From assembly GCA_037443035.1 (NCBI GenBank), contig JBBIPC010000001.1, forward strand, positions 340,606-404,605: 64,000 nucleotides of DNA, read 5' to 3'. This document shows, in pieces, positions 1 to 11,093 of this stretch. Position numbers and translations under genes: made by a program. Every line of letters starts with the position of its first letter. The stretch's first letter is position 1. This DNA comes from Chthonomonadales bacterium (GTDB lineage Bacteria > Armatimonadota > Chthonomonadetes > Chthonomonadales > CAJBBX01). The notes below the pieces were generated by a model, which was not told the DNA's origin, did no database searches, and was given only the letters and a program-made list of their open reading frames with translations.

Positions 1-2255
1 GCGCGAGTGTTCCGAATGCCCCGGACAACTCCCATGAGCAGCTCCATTCTGCGCTCAGCGGTTTCGTTCACCCGCGCTGGGTCGGAGCTGGGGTACGTGG
101 CCACCATAATGCTCCGGTGCGGTGCGTTGCTGGCCACCGTCTTGCGGAAGGCCTCCCAGATCTCTTCGGTGATGTGGGGAATGAACGGATGCAGCAGCCG
201 CAGAATCCGGTCCAGTACATGCGCCAGGACTACGCCCGTAACAGTTGCACCTTCTCGTAGTCGTGGCTTGGATGCCTCCACGTACCAGTCGCAGAACTCG
301 TCCCATACGAAGCTGTAGAGAGCGCGCATGGCGTCGTCCATGTCGTACCCTCCGAGAGCACCATCCACGATGGTTATACTGCGTTGCAGCCGCGACAGGA
401 TCCACCGATCACACAAGCCCAGGCGGCTATCCTCCGGCAACACGACTCCGTCGGTTTCCGACCACTCGATGCGATGGCCAATCTGCTCCAGTACACCCAG
501 GACGTATCGTGAGGCATTCCATAGCTTGTTGTTGAACGTACCTGCGAGACGCACCCTGTCCTCACCGAAGCGGATGTCCTGGTTCTTCCCCGCCTGCTGC
601 AGTAATGACAGCCGCAGAGCGTCGGCGCCGTACTTCTCGATCATTTCCAGCGGGTCAATGCCGTTGCCCTTGCTCTTCGACATGCGCTCGCCCTTGGAAT
701 CGAGTACCGTGGCGTGGATGTAGACATCTCGGAACGGCACCTCGCCAAGGAAGTCGAGACCTGTCATGACCATGCGCGCCACCCATAGGTAGAGAATCTC
801 CTGAGCGGTGGTGAGCAGGTTCGTCGGATACCAGAAGGCCAGCTCCTCTGTCTGTCGAGGCCAGCCGAGTATGGCATGCGGCCATAGTGCTGACGAGAAC
901 CACGTATCGAGCACGTCCTCGTCTTGCCGGAGCTGGTCCGGGGGCACGCCCAGCCGACGTGCGGCTTCGTCCGCATTGCGGCCGGCTTCGTACCGCCCGT
1001 CCTTGGTCCACCAAACAGGTATGCGATGCCCCCACCAGAGTTGCCGTGAGATGCACCAGTCGCGAATGTTCCTGAGCCAGTCGAGGTAGACTCGCGCGTA
1101 TCGCTCGGGGAAGAAGCGGATACGACCATCTTCGACAGCTTTCGCCGCAGGTTGGGCTAGTTCCGTTTGACGGACGAACCACTGCTCCGAGAGGAGCGGT
1201 TCCAGCACCGTCTTGCACCGGTCACAGAGCGGCGTTTTCACGATATAGGGCTCAGTTCTCTCCAGAAGCCCAAGCGCTCCCAGATCTTCGAGCACTCGTG
1301 TTCGGCAATCGTCTCTCTCCAACCCGGCATACCGAGGTCCGGCATCCGCCGTCATCCGTCCGTCGTCGCCAATGACCTTGACCTGCGGCAGACTGTGCCG
1401 AACACCTATTTCGAAGTCGTCGAGATCGTGGGCCGGCGTCACCTTCACCGCACCGGTGCCGAAGTCCATACGCGCGAACTCATCGGTCACGATGGGGATC
1501 ACCCGCTCGGTAAGCGGCAATCGCACCTTCGCTCCATGTAGGTGCGTATAACGAGTGTCAGCAGGATTCACAGCCACCGCGGTGTCGCCGAGCATGGTCT
1601 CCGGCCGGGTCGTAGCGACCACGACGGATCCGTCCCTATCTGCAAGAGGATAGCGTACATAGTAGAGGGCTCCCTGACGATCCTCGGAGTTCACCTCGAT
1701 GTCAGAGATAGCCGACGAACAGCGCGGGCACCAGTTGACGACCCTCGTACCACGGTAGATGAGACCTCGGTCCCACCATCGGAGGAACTCTTCGTAGATC
1801 GCCTCGACGTATGGCTCGTCCAGCGTGAAGCGTGCACGCGACCAGTCGTACGAACAGCCCATCCGCTGCAACTGGAGATAAATACGATTGCCGTACTGCT
1901 CACGCCACTCCCAGCACCGCTGTACGAACGCTTCTCTGCCGAGATCGTGGCGTGTCAACCCCTCTTTGGCAAGCTCTCGCTCTACGACGGCTTGCGTCGC
2001 GATGCCGGCATGGTCGGTACCAGGGAGACAGACGGTGTTATCGCCGACCATACGACGCCAACGTATGATGCAATCCATGATGGCATTATTGAGTGCGTGG
2101 CCAATGTGTAGACTGCCCGTGATGTTCGGCGGAGGGATGGTGATGCAGTACGGCCGGCCGGTTCCGGGTGTAGCACCGAACAAGCCAGCCTCCATCCAGG
2201 TTCGATAGCGTCGTTGTTCGACCACTGCCGGATCATAAGCCCTTGGCAAGTCCAT
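1..2255 (-). CDS. valS: Valyl-tRNA synthetase (3' end runs off the window)
   Basis: Not in the ORF track; translated by hand. ATG at 2255 (MDLPRAYDPAVVEQRRY) after GAGGAGGT SD. HIGH region PPPNITGSLHIGHALNN (~2090-2140), DWCISRQLWWGHRIP (~1020-1065), RMSKSKGN (~665-690). Confidence 0.97.
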   Translation of the reverse strand, partial: MDLPRAYDPAVVEQRRYRTWMEAGLFGATPGTGRPYCITIPPPNITGSLHIGHALNNAIMDCIIRWRRMVGDNTVCLPGTDHAGIATQAVVERELAKEGLTRHDLGREAFVQRCWEWREQYGNRIYLQLQRMGCSYDWSRARFTLDEPYVEAIYEEFLRWWDRGLIYRGTRVVNWCPRCSSAISDIEVNSEDRQGALYYVRYPLADRDGSVVVATTRPETMLGDTAVAVNPADTRYTHLHGAKVRLPLTERVIPIVTDEFARMDFGTGAVKVTPAHDLDDFEIGVRHSLPQVKVIGDDGRMTADAGPRYAGLERDDCRTRVLEDLGALGLLERTEPYIVKTPLCDRCKTVLEPLLSEQWFVRQTELAQPAAKAVEDGRIRFFPERYARVYLDWLRNIRDWCISRQLWWGHRIPVWWTKDGRYEAGRNADEAARRLGVPPDQLRQDEDVLDTWFSSALWPHAILGWPRQTEELAFWYPTNLLTTAQEILYLWVARMVMTGLDFLGEVPFRDVYIHATVLDSKGERMSKSKGNGIDPLEMIEKYGADALRLSLLQQAGKNQDIRFGEDRVRLAGTFNNKLWNASRYVLGVLEQIGHRIEWSETDGVVLPEDSRLGLCDRWILSRLQRSITIVDGALGGYDMDDAMRALYSFVWDEFCDWYVEASKPRLREGATVTGVVLAHVLDRILRLLHPFIPHITEEIWEAFRKTVASNAPHRSIMVATYPSSDPARVNETAERRMELLMGVVRGIRNTR

Positions 2256-2288
2256 CTTCCTACCTCCTCGTGCCGGGTTGCTCGACCG

Positions 2289-2530
2289 AAAACGAAAACG
2301 CCTGCGTCTCGAAGGACGCAGGCGCCTGCCCGCGCGGTACCACCCTCGTTCCCAGCCACTCGGGCCGGGCTCTCGGACGCTGTAACGGGCGCACCCGGCC
2401 ACGCCTAAGGTAACACGTTCAGCGGGCGACTCCAGGGCGACGTTCGCACCACGTCCGTGTGGCGGCTTCCACCTAACCCGCCTTCTCTGGCACGTCCGAA
2501 GGAGCTACTCCTCCCCTTCAACGTCTTGTT
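2289..2530 (-). promoter_or_regulatory. T-box riboswitch (Val, GUC specifier) with intrinsic terminator
   Basis: Minus strand: AGTA motif, GAAcGTC specifier (GTC at 2441-2439), T-box AACGAGGGTGGTACCGCG (2350-2333), terminator CGCCTGCGTC-cttcga-GACGCAGGCG followed by TTTTCGTTTT. Lies directly upstream of valS. Confidence 0.93.
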
Positions 2531-2550
2531 CCCGAGCACTACTACAGCGC

Positions 2551-2580
2551 AGTATACCGGCGGCCTCTCCTTCTCGTCAA
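2551..2580 (-). promoter_or_regulatory. Sigma70-type promoter for the valS leader
   Basis: TTGACG-N18-TATACT just upstream of the T-box. Confidence 0.7.
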
Positions 2581-2598
2581 TCGCCACGAGCACGGCCA

Positions 2599-2607
2599 TG
2601 CTATAAT
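2599..2607 (+). promoter_or_regulatory. Extended -10 promoter for the aro operon
   Basis: TGcTATAAT about 20 nt upstream of the aroF GTG. Confidence 0.6.
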
Positions 2608-2626
2608 CCCCACAGAGGTTGCCAAA

Positions 2627-3649
2627 GTGATCATCGTCCTAAGTCCCCACGTAACCGAGAGCGAGGTCGAGGAAGTCAGCGACATCCTTCGGTCTCGCGG
2701 TCTCGGTGTTCATCTGTCCCGCGGGACGGAAACTACGATTATTGGGGCCATCGGTGCTCTGGACGAGGAGAAAGCGGAGCTTGCCAGTCAGCTCATGGCG
2801 CTCCCATACGTGGACCGCGTCGTACCAATCTCGAAGCCGTACAAGGTAGTCGGAAAGGCGTTTCGCCCTGAAGGCACTGTCCTCCAAGTCCGAGGTGTTC
2901 CCATCGGTGGCAAGCGCATTTGCATCATGGCTGGCCCATGCACTGTGGAGTCCCGTGACATGTTGATCGCCACAGCTACGCATGTGAAGGCACATGGCGC
3001 CCACGTCTTGCGCGGAGGCGCGTTCAAACCGTCAACGTCACCCTATAGCTTTCACGGTCTGGGCGAGGACGGCCTGAAGTTGCTGGCCGAAGCCAGGGAC
3101 GTGACCGGCCTTCCCGTAATCACCGAGGTGATGGACCCGCGCGACGTAGAGCTGGTTGCCGCGTATGCAGACATTCTGCAGATCGGTACACGCAACATGA
3201 CGAACTTCAACCTCCTCCGGGAAGTCGGGGAAACGCGCATGCCGGTCATGCTCAAGCGAGGCTGGGCAAGCACACTCGAGGAGTGGCTTCAAGCCGCGGA
3301 GTACATAGCGTCCCGCGGAAACTACCAGATCATTCTCTGCGAGCGGGGAATCCGCACCTTCGAGACCTATACCCGTAACACGTTCGACATCAACGCCATT
3401 CCGGCCGTCAAGGAGCTCTCCCACTTGCCCATCATCGCTGATCCCGCCCATGGGACCGGGAGGCGGAGCCTTGTGCCTGCTATTGCTTGCGCCGCCGTGG
3501 CCGCTGGCGCTGATGGCGTTATGGTGGAAGTTCATCCGAGCCCGGAGAAAGCCCTCAAGGATGGCGCTCAGTCACTGACCTTCGCCTGTTTCGAGCGGAT
3601 GATGCAATCGCTGCGGCCGGTCGCCCAGGCGCTTGGTCGCGAGTGGTAG
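2627..3649 (+). CDS. aroF: DAHP synthase, type I-beta with N-terminal ACT-like regulatory domain
   Basis: [42 protein letters not shown] motifs. Confidence 0.95.
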   Translation: MIIVLSPHVTESEVEEVSDILRSRGLGVHLSRGTETTIIGAIGALDEEKAELASQLMALPYVDRVVPISKPYKVVGKAFRPEGTVLQVRGVPIGGKRICIMAGPCTVESRDMLIATATHVKAHGAHVLRGGAFKPSTSPYSFHGLGEDGLKLLAEARDVTGLPVITEVMDPRDVELVAAYADILQIGTRNMTNFNLLREVGETRMPVMLKRGWASTLEEWLQAAEYIASRGNYQIILCERGIRTFETYTRNTFDINAIPAVKELSHLPIIADPAHGTGRRSLVPAIACAAVAAGADGVMVEVHPSPEKALKDGAQSLTFACFERMMQSLRPVAQALGREW

Positions 3650-3726
3650 ACCAGCATCATAGGGGCCTCGATGTGGAACGCTCGTCCGCGCGGCATGGTG
3701 CGTTGGCTGCAACCACCGATACTCAG

Positions 3727-4566
3727 ATGACCTACGGCATCATCGGTCTCGGACTCATCGGCACTTCGGTCGGCATGGCTATCTCCCAGGCGGATCCCCT
3801 GGCTACGGTACGGGGCTACGACTGCTCTCGCGACGCCATGGTCTGTGCTGCCGAGCGTGGCGCTGTCAAAGTAGTATGCGACACGGCGTCCGAGGCGGTT
3901 CGTGGCACTGACCTTGTCATCCTGGCGGTACCGCAGCCAGAGTACCACGCAACGCTCGATGCCATCGTTCCAACGCTTCCAGAGACTGCCGTGGTGACTG
4001 ATGTTGCGAGCTGCAAGCGAGACATCGTGGAGATCTGTGAGAACGCGATAGGTTCCCGCTTCGTGGGCGGCCATCCCGTCGCAGGATCCGAGCGCCGGGG
4101 AGCTGAAGCCGCGTCGCTCGGTCTCTTCATAGGTGCGCCTTGGGTGGTTACACCGACCGCTACCACGGAAGACAAGGCCGTGCAGACGGTGCTGCAACTT
4201 GTGCGCATGCTAGGGGCCAGGCCCGTGATCCTCTCCCCGTGCGAGCACGATCGCATCATGGCATACGTCAGTCACCTACCGCACGTCTTAGCGTTCGTTC
4301 TGGCATCGGTTGCTCTGGACTCCGTCGGTCCCCTTGGGCCTCGCTGCGCCGGAGGTAGCTTTCGCGATGCCACGCGCGTCGCTCGCTCGGAACCGGAGTT
4401 CTGGGCCGATATCTTGCTCCGCAACGCGGATTTCCTGGCGGAGGCTACGCTGGCTCTCGGTGATCGGCTGAACGAGGTATCGGCTGCAATTCGTGCTCGC
4501 GACCGTTCGCAGTTGCTGCAGATACTGCGCCGCGGACATCTGCCCGTCTCCCAAAGGCAATCATGA
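3727..4566 (+). CDS. tyrA: Prephenate/arogenate dehydrogenase
   Basis: Start moved to MTYGIIGLGLIG (Rossmann). TDVASCK, FVGGHPVAGSE, HDRIMAYVSHLPH, GGSFRDATRVA. Confidence 0.92.
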   Translation: MTYGIIGLGLIGTSVGMAISQADPLATVRGYDCSRDAMVCAAERGAVKVVCDTASEAVRGTDLVILAVPQPEYHATLDAIVPTLPETAVVTDVASCKRDIVEICENAIGSRFVGGHPVAGSERRGAEAASLGLFIGAPWVVTPTATTEDKAVQTVLQLVRMLGARPVILSPCEHDRIMAYVSHLPHVLAFVLASVALDSVGPLGPRCAGGSFRDATRVARSEPEFWADILLRNADFLAEATLALGDRLNEVSAAIRARDRSQLLQILRRGHLPVSQRQS

Positions 4567-5858
4567 GGGATCCGCTACCGATCACTCCGGTTCAGAGAGC
4601 TGTCAGCGGAGTACCCCGTCTGCCCGGCAGCAAGTCCATCACGAATCGCGCGCTGGTGCTTGCCGCAATGGCGACAGGGACGTCCAAGCTGGAGGGCGCG
4701 TGTATCTCCGAGGACACGCTGCTCATGGTGGAGGCGCTCCACTCGCTCGGCTTGCGCGTGGTCGTCAACCAGACAGAACAAGCGATGGAAGTCGAGGGCT
4801 GCGCGGGCCGCATACCCGCAGACCACGCGGAAATCCACGTGGGCAACGCCGGCACGGTAGCTAGGTTCCTCACAGCGACCCTCTGCATAGGGCACGGCAG
4901 CTACCGGCTGGACGGCACCGAACGCATGCGTGAACGCCCCATCGGGCCGCTTGCGGAAGCTCTGCAGTCGCTTGGGGCGGAGGTCACCTACCTCGACGCA
5001 GCAGGTCACCTGCCCATTCGCATCGTTGCGTCCGGTCTGCCCGGCGGCTTTGTCAGGATCTCGACCGCTGAGAGTAGCCAGTTCTTGAGCGCGCTCCTGC
5101 TTGCCGCGCCGTTCGCTCGGAAGACCATGGTTCTTGCCACTGAGAGCAGCATCCCATCTCGGCCATACGTGGACATGACCATTCGCATGATGGAGAGATG
5201 GTCCCTCGCTGTCCAGATGCGCGAGGACGCTACGGGTATCGAGTTTGCAGTGCCTGCACCACAGACGCTGATGGCCAGGTCTTACACAATCGAGCCTGAT
5301 GCTTCGGCCGCCTCCTATTTCATGGCGGCGGCGGCCCTGACCGGCGGTACGGTCCGCATACCTGGCTTAGGGATGCAGAGTCTCCAGGGAGACGTCCAGT
5401 TCGCCGATGTCCTTCGAGCCATGGGCGCGGAAGTCGTCATGGACGACGAGGCCGTGACCGTATACGGTGGCGCCCCCCTGCGCGGGGTGGATGTGGACAT
5501 GAACGGCATTTCCGATACGGTCATGACGCTGGCAGCCCTTGCTCCGTTTGCCAGTAGCCCAACTCGGATCCGCAATGTTGCCCATATCCGCCTCAAGGAA
5601 TGTGACCGCATCGAAGCGATGGCGACTGAACTCCGGCGTCTGCGTGTGGAGGTACGAACGCATGACGACGGCCTTACGATCTATCCCGCTCGCCCTAGGG
5701 GGGCAGTCCTGGATACCTACGACGATCATCGGATGGCAATGAGCCTATCCCTGATCGGTCTACGCGTGCCAGGGGTCGCCATCCGCAACCCTTCGTGCAC
5801 TGCGAAGACGTTCCCGCGTTACTTCGACGAGCTCGAGCGACTCTGCGGGGAAGGCTGA
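4563..5858 (+). CDS. aroA: EPSP synthase
   Basis: PGSKSITNRAL, GNAGTVARFL, SSQFLSALL, IRLKECDRI, DDHRMAM. ATGA overlap with tyrA. Confidence 0.97.
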   Translation: MRDPLPITPVQRAVSGVPRLPGSKSITNRALVLAAMATGTSKLEGACISEDTLLMVEALHSLGLRVVVNQTEQAMEVEGCAGRIPADHAEIHVGNAGTVARFLTATLCIGHGSYRLDGTERMRERPIGPLAEALQSLGAEVTYLDAAGHLPIRIVASGLPGGFVRISTAESSQFLSALLLAAPFARKTMVLATESSIPSRPYVDMTIRMMERWSLAVQMREDATGIEFAVPAPQTLMARSYTIEPDASAASYFMAAAALTGGTVRIPGLGMQSLQGDVQFADVLRAMGAEVVMDDEAVTVYGGAPLRGVDVDMNGISDTVMTLAALAPFASSPTRIRNVAHIRLKECDRIEAMATELRRLRVEVRTHDDGLTIYPARPRGAVLDTYDDHRMAMSLSLIGLRVPGVAIRNPSCTAKTFPRYFDELERLCGEG

Positions 5859-5877
5859 CACTACAGAGTCGCCGCTG

Positions 5878-6990
5878 TTACAGTCCGTGGTACATGAAGA
5901 CCCGTTCTTTCAACTCGGCGACGGTCTGGCGCGCGTAGGAACGCGCATGTTCGCGGTCATGTGGAGCAATGGGCGGGTCCTCTTCGTCCCTCAGGAACGG
6001 TACTCGGTCGTGGTCGGAGAAGGTCACAGGGGTCTCGTTCGCCAAGGGGATGCCGAAAAGCCTCGAGAAGGCCAGCGCCCACATGCGTGGGACGGTTGTC
6101 AGGTTGTAGCCACCTCCACCCAGTGCGACGATCGGTATGCTCAGTGACACCACGTCCTCTATCGCCCGCGCCCATCCTTGAGCCGTCAAACACAAGCGCG
6201 CCAGCGGGTCGAGGTAGTGAGGGTCGGCACCGCATTCGAGGCACACTGCTTCCGGTCTGAACGACTGTATGATGGGCCAAGCGCCTTCCCTCCAGGCCCA
6301 GTACCACGTTTCGTCGTCGGTATAAGGCCAGAGCGGAACGTTGACGCTGTAGCCCATTCCCTTCCCGACCCCCATCTCCCGGACGAAGCCTGAGCCAGGA
6401 AACAGCGTCTGACCAGTCTCGTGAATAGAGACAGTCAGCACATGCGGATCATCGTAGAAGGCTTCCTGCACGCCGTCCCCGTGATGCACGTCAATGTCCA
6501 CGTAGAGCACGCGCTCGAATCTCTCGCGCAACTGGTGGATCGCCACGACACAGTCATTGAACACACAGAAGCCCGCTGCACGATCGCGATGCGCATGGTG
6601 CAGACCGCCCGAGATGTTCATGGCCACCTGGGCTTCGCCACTCACGACAATCTTCGCAGTCTCCAGCGATGCTCCCGTGTACAGCAGTGACGAGTCCCAC
6701 ATGTCCGGGAAGACGGGATTGTCGCCATAGCCGAATCCGTAGCGAAACGGGAAGGGCACGTGCTCGCCCGCACTGAGGCGGTCCACCGTCTCGATGTATT
6801 CAGCGGAATGTGCTTTGCTCAGCACATCTAGCGGACAGGGATGCGGTGCGCGTACTTCGACACTTTCGAAGGCACGATACGCTTGTAGCAGCTCGAACGT
6901 GCGCGCAAGACGGATCGGGCGGAGAGGATGCTGGGGTCCAAGATCGTAGCGGAGGAACTGCTCGGTGTAGAAGAAAACGCCTTTGCTCAT
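5878..6990 (-). CDS. acuC: AcuC-like histone-deacetylase-family protein
   Basis: HPLRPIRL, GGLHHAHRDRAAGFCVFND, DIDVHHGDG, GADPHYLDPL, GGGGY. Start set at MSKGVFF. Confidence 0.9.
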   Translation of the reverse strand: MSKGVFFYTEQFLRYDLGPQHPLRPIRLARTFELLQAYRAFESVEVRAPHPCPLDVLSKAHSAEYIETVDRLSAGEHVPFPFRYGFGYGDNPVFPDMWDSSLLYTGASLETAKIVVSGEAQVAMNISGGLHHAHRDRAAGFCVFNDCVVAIHQLRERFERVLYVDIDVHHGDGVQEAFYDDPHVLTVSIHETGQTLFPGSGFVREMGVGKGMGYSVNVPLWPYTDDETWYWAWREGAWPIIQSFRPEAVCLECGADPHYLDPLARLCLTAQGWARAIEDVVSLSIPIVALGGGGYNLTTVPRMWALAFSRLFGIPLANETPVTFSDHDRVPFLRDEEDPPIAPHDREHARSYARQTVAELKERVFMYHGL

Positions 6991-7093
6991 GTGCATTCCA
7001 GAGGGCTTGTTGCCTAACAACCTATTCTACACTCCAAGGCCACTCCGCAGGATACTCGCCTTCTGCCAAACGGACACGAACGCGGTACAATAG

Positions 7094-8413
<1,320 letters not shown>

Positions 8414-8587
8414 CTCCAGGACTCCTCACTTGCGGTAGCCCGATGATCAGTCGTGGGGCTGTGACACGAATCTCGCGCGCGGGAAGGGCTCGACCCGCAG
8501 AGGTGGGTTGCGTGTCCGTGGGCGGGCCATTCATCACCCGTGTGGGTGTGCATTACTTGCCCGCGCCGATTACCGTGCACCGATCGC

Positions 8588-10312
8588 TCAGTCCGCGTCT
8601 CGGCTAACGCCGTGCTGCAACGGTTCGACGTCCACAGTCGTTGCGTTCCTGTACAAGACTCTGCCAGGCGCAGCTCCGCGAGGCCGTCGCACGTACTTGC
8701 GAAGCGTGTAGTCCACAGGAACATACGCTGAATGCTTGGCCGCACTGTGTCGTGCTGCCAGACCAGCAGCTAGGCGAATGACGCGCGGCGGCACACGGTC
8801 AGGATGACCGTTCGTGCGCACGAGAACGTGCGCACTCGTGCCGGCCCGGACATGAAACCAGAGGTCGTCCGGCGCAGCAAGCTTCAGCAACCGGTCATTT
8901 CCCTCTGCATTCTGTCCGACCCATACTTCCCAGCCATCTTCTAGGTCCACGACCCGGATACCCTTCAGCAGTTGCCGACGCTCCAAACTGGGCTGTGCCG
9001 CCGACCGGCGCACGTCTCGGATCAGTCCGAGATCCGCCAACTCGCGCCTGCGCTCCACGATGGCACCGGCTTCCGGTTCCGTCTCCAACCAACGGAGTTC
9101 CCCTTGGAGGCGCTCGATCTCATCGGTCAGCGACTGCTGCCGCGCGGCCAGCCGTTCCCGCGACCTGGTCAACTTCCTTGCACGGGCGTAATATGCTTCG
9201 GCGGATTCCTGCACGCCGAGACCTGGCATGAGTGCCACCGATACGGGAGTGCCATCGCCGTACAGGTCCGGTACCATGGCCACCCCCTCGGTCATGTGTG
9301 CGCGTCCCGCTGCGGCAAGCAAGAGGTCGGCGCGACGCCTCAGTTCCGCCGCCTCGTCGGCTATGGCAAGGGCGCTCGTGACCTCCTGGTGTTGTTTCGT
9401 ACGCGCTTCTAGGGCTTCCGTTACGAGCTGTGCCAGCTCCCGTCGCGTCCGCGCAATAGCTTCCCGGTCAGTCATCGCTACGCTGGCATCCGTCAGCGCA
9501 ACGCTAACGCTTTCACGCGTTTCTTCGCACACTCCGTCGAGGTCTGCAACGCCGATTGGATAGGCGCCCAGTATCCGTCCAGACCCGTCGTGGGCAACTA
9601 CAGGTGACCATTGTCGTCGCCTAGCCGCACCGAAAACGGCTTCCCAGGCGCGAGCCAACCCGTGCGATGCGGCGCGAACTGCAATGAGCCTCGCAAGGAA
9701 CGGTGACATGCCTATGTACGTCTCCAGGAGTCGCCCAGCAAGTATCTCCTGATCCGTTCCGGCCAGCCCGTTCCGCTCGGGCTGATGCGAGCCGAACGGA
9801 TCCAAGTGTCCACGCGGGGGCGGTGGAGGCACGTACGCGGCCCCGGGGGTTACGACGCGGAACCGGCTCTGGCGCTTCGTAATCACCTTCGCAGCGGCAA
9901 TGATGGCCGCGTCAGAGCTGCGGAGGATCACGTTGCTGTGCCTGCCCATGAACTCTGCCACCAGCGTCAAAGCGGTCTCGCCCGGAACAATGTCTAGCTC
10001 CAGAACACGGTCGAAGCCGATCTGCTTCGCAGCCACCAACACGGCTCCCTCCATGTGCTTTCGCAGCGCCATGCAGAAAGGCGATGGTGCAGGAAGGCTC
10101 CGCGGTCTGCTTGGGACCAGATGAACCCGGGCATGCACGGCGTCCCAACTGATGAGGAGATACCAGCTCCTCCGATCCCGGTAGATCTCTATCACAAGTT
10201 CCGCCGCACTCGGCTGAACAATGCGCTGAATGCGTCCACCGACGATGCAATGGTGCAGCTCGTCCACTACTGCTCGAAGACACAAGCTGTCGAACGGCAC
10301 ACGGAGGTCCAT
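8588..10312 (-). CDS. rqcH: Rqc2/RqcH (NFACT, FbpA-like) ribosome quality-control protein
   Basis: NFACT-N (FCMALRKH, FDRVL, EFMGRHSNVIL), coiled coil, NFACT-R (VGQNAEGNDRL, DLWFHVR, VDYTLRKYVRRP). Confidence 0.9.
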   Translation of the reverse strand: MDLRVPFDSLCLRAVVDELHHCIVGGRIQRIVQPSAAELVIEIYRDRRSWYLLISWDAVHARVHLVPSRPRSLPAPSPFCMALRKHMEGAVLVAAKQIGFDRVLELDIVPGETALTLVAEFMGRHSNVILRSSDAAIIAAAKVITKRQSRFRVVTPGAAYVPPPPPRGHLDPFGSHQPERNGLAGTDQEILAGRLLETYIGMSPFLARLIAVRAASHGLARAWEAVFGAARRRQWSPVVAHDGSGRILGAYPIGVADLDGVCEETRESVSVALTDASVAMTDREAIARTRRELAQLVTEALEARTKQHQEVTSALAIADEAAELRRRADLLLAAAGRAHMTEGVAMVPDLYGDGTPVSVALMPGLGVQESAEAYYARARKLTRSRERLAARQQSLTDEIERLQGELRWLETEPEAGAIVERRRELADLGLIRDVRRSAAQPSLERRQLLKGIRVVDLEDGWEVWVGQNAEGNDRLLKLAAPDDLWFHVRAGTSAHVLVRTNGHPDRVPPRVIRLAAGLAARHSAAKHSAYVPVDYTLRKYVRRPRGAAPGRVLYRNATTVDVEPLQHGVSRDAD

Positions 10313-10346
10313 GGACGCTGCCAGTAGGTACTTGGCGGCCCTTTAG

Positions 10347-11093
10347 CTACTTGCGGCCGGTCAGACGTCTTATGAGCATCTTCACCGGGTCGTAGTACTC
10401 GTCCGCCACGCGTTCTTTCAACGGTATGATCGCGTTGTCCGTGATTCTGATTTCCTCCGGACAGACGTCCTGGCAGCAGCGCGTGATATTACAGTAACCC
10501 ACGCCAGCTTCGTTCCGAAGGAATTCTCGCCGTCGAAGCGTGTCAAGCGGGTGCATGTCCAGAGCGGCTAGCTTGACCATGTACCGCGGACCATAGTATG
10601 CGTCCTTCCGGTTGTGGTCGCGGAGCACGTGGCAGACCGTCTGACAGAGGAAGCACTCGATGCACTTGCGAAACTCCTGAGCTCGGGTTACGTCCGCCTG
10701 GTCCATGACCAGCGGCTTGCCGCCGGTGTCAGGCGGTTGCAGCGGCGGAATGGTCTCGGCGATGCGGTAATTCCATGAGACATCGGTCACGAGGTCCTTG
10801 ATCAGCGGGAACGTCTTGATGGGGTGTACTCGAATCGTTCTCGTTGGACCGCACACATCCTCGACGCGCGTCTTGCACATAAGTCGTGGCACACCGTTGA
10901 TTTCCGCACTGCAGGAGCCACACTTGGCGGCTTTGCAATTCCAGCGGCAAGCTAGGCTCCCGTCTTGCTGCTCCTGGACTTGGCGCACTGAATCGAGAAC
11001 CACCATTCCGGGGTAGGTCTGGACCTCGTATTCCTTCTCCTCCCCGCCGGAGGCGTCACCTCGAAAGATCCGCAGTCGAACCGTCTCGCTCAT
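10347..11093 (-). CDS. sdhB: Succinate dehydrogenase/fumarate reductase iron-sulfur subunit
   Basis: NCKAAKCGSC..MC, CIECFLCQTVC and CNITRCCQDVCP cluster motifs. Confidence 0.93.
   Translation of the reverse strand: MSETVRLRIFRGDASGGEEKEYEVQTYPGMVVLDSVRQVQEQQDGSLACRWNCKAAKCGSCSAEINGVPRLMCKTRVEDVCGPTRTIRVHPIKTFPLIKDLVTDVSWNYRIAETIPPLQPPDTGGKPLVMDQADVTRAQEFRKCIECFLCQTVCHVLRDHNRKDAYYGPRYMVKLAALDMHPLDTLRRREFLRNEAGVGYCNITRCCQDVCPEEIRITDNAIIPLKERVADEYYDPVKMLIRRLTGRK

Noticed and set aside
7..2208. Many short ORFs listed in 1-2250
   Set aside because: All overlap the minus-strand valS frame, which the track missed because it has no stop in the window.
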